This document shows, piece by piece, positions 58,746 to 64,000 of a DNA stretch of 64,000 bases (position 1 is its first letter; each line of letters begins with the position of its first letter). The DNA is taken from contig JAJYUZ010000001.1 of the NCBI GenBank assembly GCA_021792255.1, positions 96,001-160,000 on the forward strand. The letters are read 5' to 3'. This stretch comes from Thermoplasmata archaeon. GTDB lineage: Archaea > Thermoplasmatota > Thermoplasmata > Thermoplasmatales > GCA-001856825. The notes beneath the pieces are model-generated. The model was not told the DNA's origin. It did not search any database and saw nothing but the letters and a program-made list of their open reading frames with translations. The translations under genes and the position numbers were made by a program.

Positions 58746-59684
58746 ATGAAACGGATAGTTGTCAAGTCTCCAGCATCCTCCGCAAATCTAGGGTCTGGAT
58801 TCGACGTATTCGCTATAGGTCTGAAAGACCCAAAAGACACCGTTGAATTACGGGCATCTAAGTCCCACGAATTAGCGGTGAGAGTCACTTACGCAGAGAA
58901 CAGTAGTGTGCGCGGTTTTGAAGATACCGCCATGCGTGCTGTGATAGAGGCAATGGCAACAGAATTTGACCTCGCATACAGGATAGACGGCGTCATTGTA
59001 AGTCATATACCAATTGGAGTAGGTCTTGGAAGTAGCGCGGCCTCTTCAGTTGCTGCGGCAGTTGGAGCAGACAGACTTTTTCAGTTGAATCTTGATAGCA
59101 AGAGTATTCTCCGATTTGCTGCAGAAGGAGAACTTGCTGCTTCCGGATCTAGACACTATGACAATATTGCGGGAGCCCTTCAGGGAGGATTCGTAATGGT
59201 GCATCTCGACTCGCTTGAGACCATCAAGTTTCCCTCGCCCAAAGGAATGAGAATAGTGATCGTAACACCCGAACTAAAATTACCAGGAAAGAAAACTAAA
59301 TATGCCAGGTCCCTGCTTCCAAGGAACGTGGGGCTTAAAAAGATGACAAAAAATGTATCTTTTGCCTCAAGAGTAGTCGCAGGCTTTGCCAATGATGATA
59401 TTGAAATGATAGGTAGCGGACTGGAGGACTCGGTAGTTGAACCGGCCAGAAAAATGATGATACCCTGGTTTGACGAGGTTAAAGACGCCGCTCTGAAATC
59501 CGGAGCAGCAGGCGTGTGCATTAGCGGTGCGGGGCCCAGCATGATGGCTATCGTCAATAGCTATAAAGTTGACCCAGAGAGAGTACGAAAATCCATGGAG
59601 TACCACTTTGGAAGCCATGGCATTTCAGCCAATAGTTTCGTAACGAGCATAGGGGAGGGAACTAAAATTGTTAGAAAGTTTTAA
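58746..59684 (+). CDS. thrB: Homoserine kinase
   Basis: PASSANLGSGFD, PIGVGLGSSAAS, HYDNIA, ISGAGPS. Confidence 0.93.
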   Translation: MKRIVVKSPASSANLGSGFDVFAIGLKDPKDTVELRASKSHELAVRVTYAENSSVRGFEDTAMRAVIEAMATEFDLAYRIDGVIVSHIPIGVGLGSSAASSVAAAVGADRLFQLNLDSKSILRFAAEGELAASGSRHYDNIAGALQGGFVMVHLDSLETIKFPSPKGMRIVIVTPELKLPGKKTKYARSLLPRNVGLKKMTKNVSFASRVVAGFANDDIEMIGSGLEDSVVEPARKMMIPWFDEVKDAALKSGAAGVCISGAGPSMMAIVNSYKVDPERVRKSMEYHFGSHGISANSFVTSIGEGTKIVRKF

Positions 59685-60870
59685 GGATTGGTCTATGCAC
59701 TGTTTCGAGTGCGGTAAAGAGTACGGAGAAGAACCAGCTTCATCACTGTGTGATTGTGGAGGAGTGCTGGAGTTGGTTCTAAATGAGAATTTTCCGACCA
59801 TCGACGATTTCCGTGGGGTGGGAGTGTGGCGTTATTCCAGCGCTCTCCCGATCTCAAGACGAATCCAATCGGTTACAATGGACGAAGGGAACACTCCGCT
59901 GATAAGAACGAAAAATCTTGTTCCTGAACGGGAACTGCAACTATTTGTCAAGAACGAGGGGCAAAATCCGACCGGTTCATTCAAGGACAGGGGGATGACT
60001 GTTGCAGTCACGAGAGCAAGAGGGATTGGAGCAAACACTCTGGTGTGTGCCTCGACCGGTAACACTTCTGCGTCTGCCGCAGCTTATGCAGCGAGAGCAG
60101 GTATGCGAGCTATGGTCTTTGTCCCCTCTGGAAAGATTGCTGGAGGAAAGCTGGTTCAGGCAATAATCCATGGTGCCAAGGTCATAAGGGTAAACGGCGA
60201 TTTCGACGCTTCGTTGGAAATAATGATGGAAGAAGCAGGCAAAAGGAAAGACCTTTATGTGGTCAACTCCCTAAATCCGTTTAGAATAGAAGGGCAGAAG
60301 ACTGGCGCATTCGAAATATTCGAACAGCTCGGTAAGAAGGTTCCTGATTATGTGATTTTGCCTGTTGGAAATGCAGGCAACATCAGCGCATACTGGAAGG
60401 GTTTTTCCGAACTTAAAAAATGGGGGATAATAGAAAGAACTCCTAGAATGATCGGAGTTCAGGCAGCTGGAGCTTCGCCACTCGCTGAGGTATTTCTCAA
60501 AGGAAAGGATGATCTAGTCAAGTGGAAAAATCCGGAAACGGTTGCATCTGCCATTCGTATTGGTAACCCAGTTTCTTGGAGAAAAGCTCTAACTGCCGTG
60601 AGGGATTCGGGCGGACGGTTGTTGACAGTAACGGACAGTGAGATTCTCAAGGCCCAGAGGGATCTTGCTTCCAAGGAGGGTATATTTGTGGAACCTGCCA
60701 GTGCCGCACCAATAGCTGCACTTAGACACTTGAGAGACGTGATTGAGAAGAATTCATCGGTTGTATGTATAGCAACGGGAAATGGGCTCAAGGACCAGGG
60801 GGTCGTGCCAGTCGATTCTGAAAATCTTCCGCTGATTTCTAGCTTAAAAGAGTTAGAACAGTACCTTTAG
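59668..60870 (+). CDS. thrC: Threonine synthase
   Basis: N-terminal CxxC..CxCGG, EGNTPL, NPTGSFKDRG, ASTGNTSAS, PVGNAGN, EPASAA, TGNGLKD. Confidence 0.93.
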   Translation: MLESFKDWSMHCFECGKEYGEEPASSLCDCGGVLELVLNENFPTIDDFRGVGVWRYSSALPISRRIQSVTMDEGNTPLIRTKNLVPERELQLFVKNEGQNPTGSFKDRGMTVAVTRARGIGANTLVCASTGNTSASAAAYAARAGMRAMVFVPSGKIAGGKLVQAIIHGAKVIRVNGDFDASLEIMMEEAGKRKDLYVVNSLNPFRIEGQKTGAFEIFEQLGKKVPDYVILPVGNAGNISAYWKGFSELKKWGIIERTPRMIGVQAAGASPLAEVFLKGKDDLVKWKNPETVASAIRIGNPVSWRKALTAVRDSGGRLLTVTDSEILKAQRDLASKEGIFVEPASAAPIAALRHLRDVIEKNSSVVCIATGNGLKDQGVVPVDSENLPLISSLKELEQYL

Positions 60871-61025
60871 AGGGTTGGTGTTATCATCTTTCTTATAACG
60901 ATTTTCTCTTTGAAAAGGATCGTTCGCAAATTACTCTTGTCGTCTAAATTCTACACTTCTAAATCAGACAGGATTGTAAGAATATTTTTCTTTTTAGAAG
61001 TCATTTCTCTTCAGGAGTCACTGAA

Positions 61026-62090
61026 ATGCACGTAAAGTTATTTATTCCGGGTCCAACGGAAGTGAGAGAGGACGTACTGAAAGAAATGTCAAGACCGATT
61101 ATTGGTCACAGAACGAAGGACATGTCCGATTTATACGAGAGAATTCATAACAACTTGCAGAAATTTTTTAACACCCAAAACGAAGTGATGGTGTTCACAG
61201 CTTCCGGGACAGGTATGATGGAAGGGAGCATTAGGAACACGGTACAAAACGATGTTCTGCATTTGACTAATGGCTCGTTCAGTGAAAGATGGTTTGAAAT
61301 ATCAAAGGCAAATGGAAAGAATGCTGAAGCGATCAAATACGAATGGGGGAAAGCGGCGAAGACAAAAGATGTAGAAGAAAAATTCAAGTCCATGAATTAT
61401 GAAGGTATTGCGCTTACGCATAATGAAACGAGCACGGGAGTCAGAACTCCGATAGACGATTTTTCTAAACTATCCCATGAGTACAACTCTCTGTTGCTGG
61501 TAGATGCCGTCAGTTCACTTGGGGGCGACTTGATAGATGTGAACAAAGCAGACGTTATCTTCGCTCCTACTCAGAAATCATTCGGACTGCCTCCGGGATT
61601 GGTCATAGTTTTCATCAGCCCTAAAGCAATGGAAAAGGCAAGGAGCGTTAAATCAAGGGGATACTATTTCGATTTCATATCAATGAAGAAATATTACGAT
61701 GAAAAGAGGCAGATTCCGGCGACCCCCTCTATTTCACTCTTCTATGCGCTTGATTATCAGCTCGAGAAAATGATAAAGGAAGGTATGGAGGCAAGGTACA
61801 GGCGCCACAAACAAATGGCCTCAATGGTACAGAAATGGGCATCGGACAATTTTGCTCTCTTTGCTGAACCAGGATACGAGTCGGTAACGGTTACGACCGT
61901 CTCAAATTCAAGAAATATCAATGTAGACGAAATGAACAAAGCATTGAAGGCAAGGTGGATGTCTATTTCAAATGGTTACGGGAAGCTAAGAGAGAAGACA
62001 TTCAGGATCGCGCACATGGGTGACATCACCCCAACAGAAATTAAGGAGCTTCTGGAAACTATTGATGAGATAATTACGGTGAAACCATGA
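61026..62090 (+). CDS. Class V aminotransferase (serine-pyruvate / phosphoserine aminotransferase-like)
   Basis: FIPGPT, IGHR, SGTG.ME, HNETSTGV, VDAVSS, TQKSFGLPPG, FRIAHMG. Confidence 0.9.
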   Translation: MHVKLFIPGPTEVREDVLKEMSRPIIGHRTKDMSDLYERIHNNLQKFFNTQNEVMVFTASGTGMMEGSIRNTVQNDVLHLTNGSFSERWFEISKANGKNAEAIKYEWGKAAKTKDVEEKFKSMNYEGIALTHNETSTGVRTPIDDFSKLSHEYNSLLLVDAVSSLGGDLIDVNKADVIFAPTQKSFGLPPGLVIVFISPKAMEKARSVKSRGYYFDFISMKKYYDEKRQIPATPSISLFYALDYQLEKMIKEGMEARYRRHKQMASMVQKWASDNFALFAEPGYESVTVTTVSNSRNINVDEMNKALKARWMSISNGYGKLREKTFRIAHMGDITPTEIKELLETIDEIITVKP

Positions 62091-62995
62091 AGATACTCGT
62101 AACCGACCAGCTTCACACCGAGGGGATATCCTACATCAAGAGTCAAGGCATTGAAGTCGACGAGAGACTAGATCTTACGGGCGAGGATCTGAAGAGAATC
62201 ATAGGCGACTATGAAGGACTTATAGTGAGGAGCAGGACAAAGGTCACAAAAGAAGTAATCGAAGCTGGTAAAAAGCTACTCGTAGTAGGTAGGGCAGGAG
62301 TAGGGCTTGACAATGTAGATACGACTTTTGCTATTGCAAGGAATATAAAGGTTCTAAACACTCCAAATGTAAGCACCACATCGGTCGCTGAGCTAGTGAT
62401 TGGTTACATGATTTCGGCAGTAAGACACATTCCGCAAGCAACAGTCTCAATTCAGGCAGGTCAGTGGGAAAAGGAAAAATTTTTTGGAACCGAACTGGCA
62501 GAAAAGACTCTCGGAATAGTTGGACTTGGTCGTATAGGTAATGCAGTTGCTATCAGGGCACGGGCCTTCGAAATGAAAATAATTGGCTTCGACCCATTCG
62601 TTGCGAATTCTGAGTACGTCAAGGTCGTGGACCTTGATACGCTTGTCAGAGAATCCGATTTCATTACAGTTCACGTCCCTCTTACGGAAAACACCCATCA
62701 CATGATATCGAGTAGAGAGGTCAAGAAAATGAAGAGAGGAGTAGTACTCATAAACGCTGCGAGAGGCGGGATATTGGATGAAGACGCAATAGATCAGGGG
62801 ATGAAAGAAGGTATAGTGAGTTCTGTAGCTCTCGATACGTTTGAATCAGAAAAACCTTTCAAGACGATCCTGCGTGGACAGGAGAACCTGATAGCAACCC
62901 CTCACGTCGGCGCGCAGACAGAGGAGGCACAAAGGAGAGCAGGTATAGAGGTGGGAAAGGTCGTAGTTGAGTACCTCAAGCAAGCTGTGAAGTGA
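62087..62995 (+). CDS. serA: D-3-phosphoglycerate dehydrogenase-like 2-hydroxyacid dehydrogenase (no ACT domain)
   Basis: [43 protein letters not shown]. Confidence 0.85.
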   Translation: MKILVTDQLHTEGISYIKSQGIEVDERLDLTGEDLKRIIGDYEGLIVRSRTKVTKEVIEAGKKLLVVGRAGVGLDNVDTTFAIARNIKVLNTPNVSTTSVAELVIGYMISAVRHIPQATVSIQAGQWEKEKFFGTELAEKTLGIVGLGRIGNAVAIRARAFEMKIIGFDPFVANSEYVKVVDLDTLVRESDFITVHVPLTENTHHMISSREVKKMKRGVVLINAARGGILDEDAIDQGMKEGIVSSVALDTFESEKPFKTILRGQENLIATPHVGAQTEEAQRRAGIEVGKVVVEYLKQAVK

Positions 62996-62999
62996 GATC

Positions 63000-64000
63000 A
63001 TGGTCGAGGTCTTACCTTTTAAGGGAATAATGTACACCACGGGCGATATTAAAGATGTAATAACGGAACCTTACGACAAAATCCCGAAGGAACTTCAAGT
63101 CAGATACTACGAAAGGAATCCACACAACTTCATTAGACTGAACCTTCCAATGGACGGTGACCCATACGGTTCCGCGAGAGCCACACTGAATGAATGGCTT
63201 AGGAAAGGAATCCTCGCGAAAGATCAGACGCCACATTTCTATGAGTACGTCGAGAAATTCACAATATTTGGTTCAACCAGAAGGAGAACGGGTGTGTTTG
63301 CAGCTGTAAAGATTGAAGATTATTCGGAAAAAAAGATATATCGACACGAGCGGACTTTCACCGGTCCAAAGGAAGACAGACTAAAAATGCTCAGGGCGAC
63401 CAACGCAGATCTGGAACCAGTCTTTTTTCTTTACGACGACCCTTCAATGGAAGTCGAGAAGTTGCTCGATTCCCTCCCTAAGATTAGGAATCTGGATTTG
63501 ACAGATGATGGTGGGGTAAGACACATCATCTATAGGTTGAATTCTCAGGAGATAACTGATATATTCAAAAGCAAGAAACTGGTCATAGCAGACGGGCACC
63601 ACAGGTACGAAACCGCACTCGCTTTTAGCAAAGAAAATAACCAAGCAGGAAACACCGGGTACGTTATGGCGGTGCTCGTGAACAGATACGACCCGGGACT
63701 GGTGATATTACCATCCCACCGAGTGATAGTCAATAGTAAATTCAATCCTCAGCAAGTGCTGGAAAAACTAGAAGAAAAATTCGAAATAAAGGAAGTTCCA
63801 ATTGAATTCATCAATGACCCCTTAAAAATGGATATGGTTTTCTACTTCAAAGGACACGGGTTTGACCTGAAGCTGAAGGAAAACCTTCCAAAAACAACAT
63901 CTACTGTGGAAGATATCAACGTATCAATTCTAAACAACCTTGTAATTTCAGGTGTTCTCGCCATTACAAACAGGGAAACGATAAAATTTACCAGGTGGGC
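63000..64000 (+). CDS. DUF1015 family protein (ParB/Srx-like), runs off the window end
   Basis: Translated by hand from ATG 63000: MVEVLPFKGIMY...EPYDKI...NPHNFIRL...RHERTF..PKEDRL...IADGHHRYETA...LVILPSHRV. Not in the ORF track. Confidence 0.88.
   Translation, partial: MVEVLPFKGIMYTTGDIKDVITEPYDKIPKELQVRYYERNPHNFIRLNLPMDGDPYGSARATLNEWLRKGILAKDQTPHFYEYVEKFTIFGSTRRRTGVFAAVKIEDYSEKKIYRHERTFTGPKEDRLKMLRATNADLEPVFFLYDDPSMEVEKLLDSLPKIRNLDLTDDGGVRHIIYRLNSQEITDIFKSKKLVIADGHHRYETALAFSKENNQAGNTGYVMAVLVNRYDPGLVILPSHRVIVNSKFNPQQVLEKLEEKFEIKEVPIEFINDPLKMDMVFYFKGHGFDLKLKENLPKTTSTVEDINVSILNNLVISGVLAITNRETIKFTRW

Noticed and set aside
1-64000. CRISPR array or cas genes (the AddB nuclease resembles Cas4)
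   Set aside because: No repeat-spacer array was seen. The Cas4-like domain is fused to an AddB scaffold next to a UvrD helicase.

Overview
This is a chromosomal window from an archaeon, most likely an acidophilic member of Thermoplasmata/Thermoplasmatales. The evidence is PolD DP2, PCNA, Rpo7-Spt4-DPCK-S24e-S27ae, isopentenyl phosphate kinase, a thermopsin and a TPP riboswitch. Most of the window is housekeeping: replication, translation, purine and amino-acid metabolism, and redox stress. I added three CDSs missing from the ORF track (IPK partial, rps27ae, DUF1015 partial), plus tRNA-Glu(CTC), a TPP riboswitch, two ORB boxes before an orc1/cdc6 gene, a 13-bp-periodic operator array before a PadR gene, and a B3/B4-domain pseudogene. 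The most interesting items are: (1) a minimal, probably inactive FtsZ N-terminal-domain protein that ends just before the T7 loop and follows a second cdc6 paralog; (2) a six-gene catabolic module next to tRNA-Glu (Gfo/Idh/MocA, MFS, atypical M24 hydrolase, BKACE, SDR, SCP2) with no known substrate; (3) an AddAB-like pair with one nuclease, near a HerA that has no NurA partner; (4) a TPP riboswitch that appears to lack P1; (5) a CarB/ThnE-like crotonase. All assignments come from reading motifs by eye. No database searches were run.
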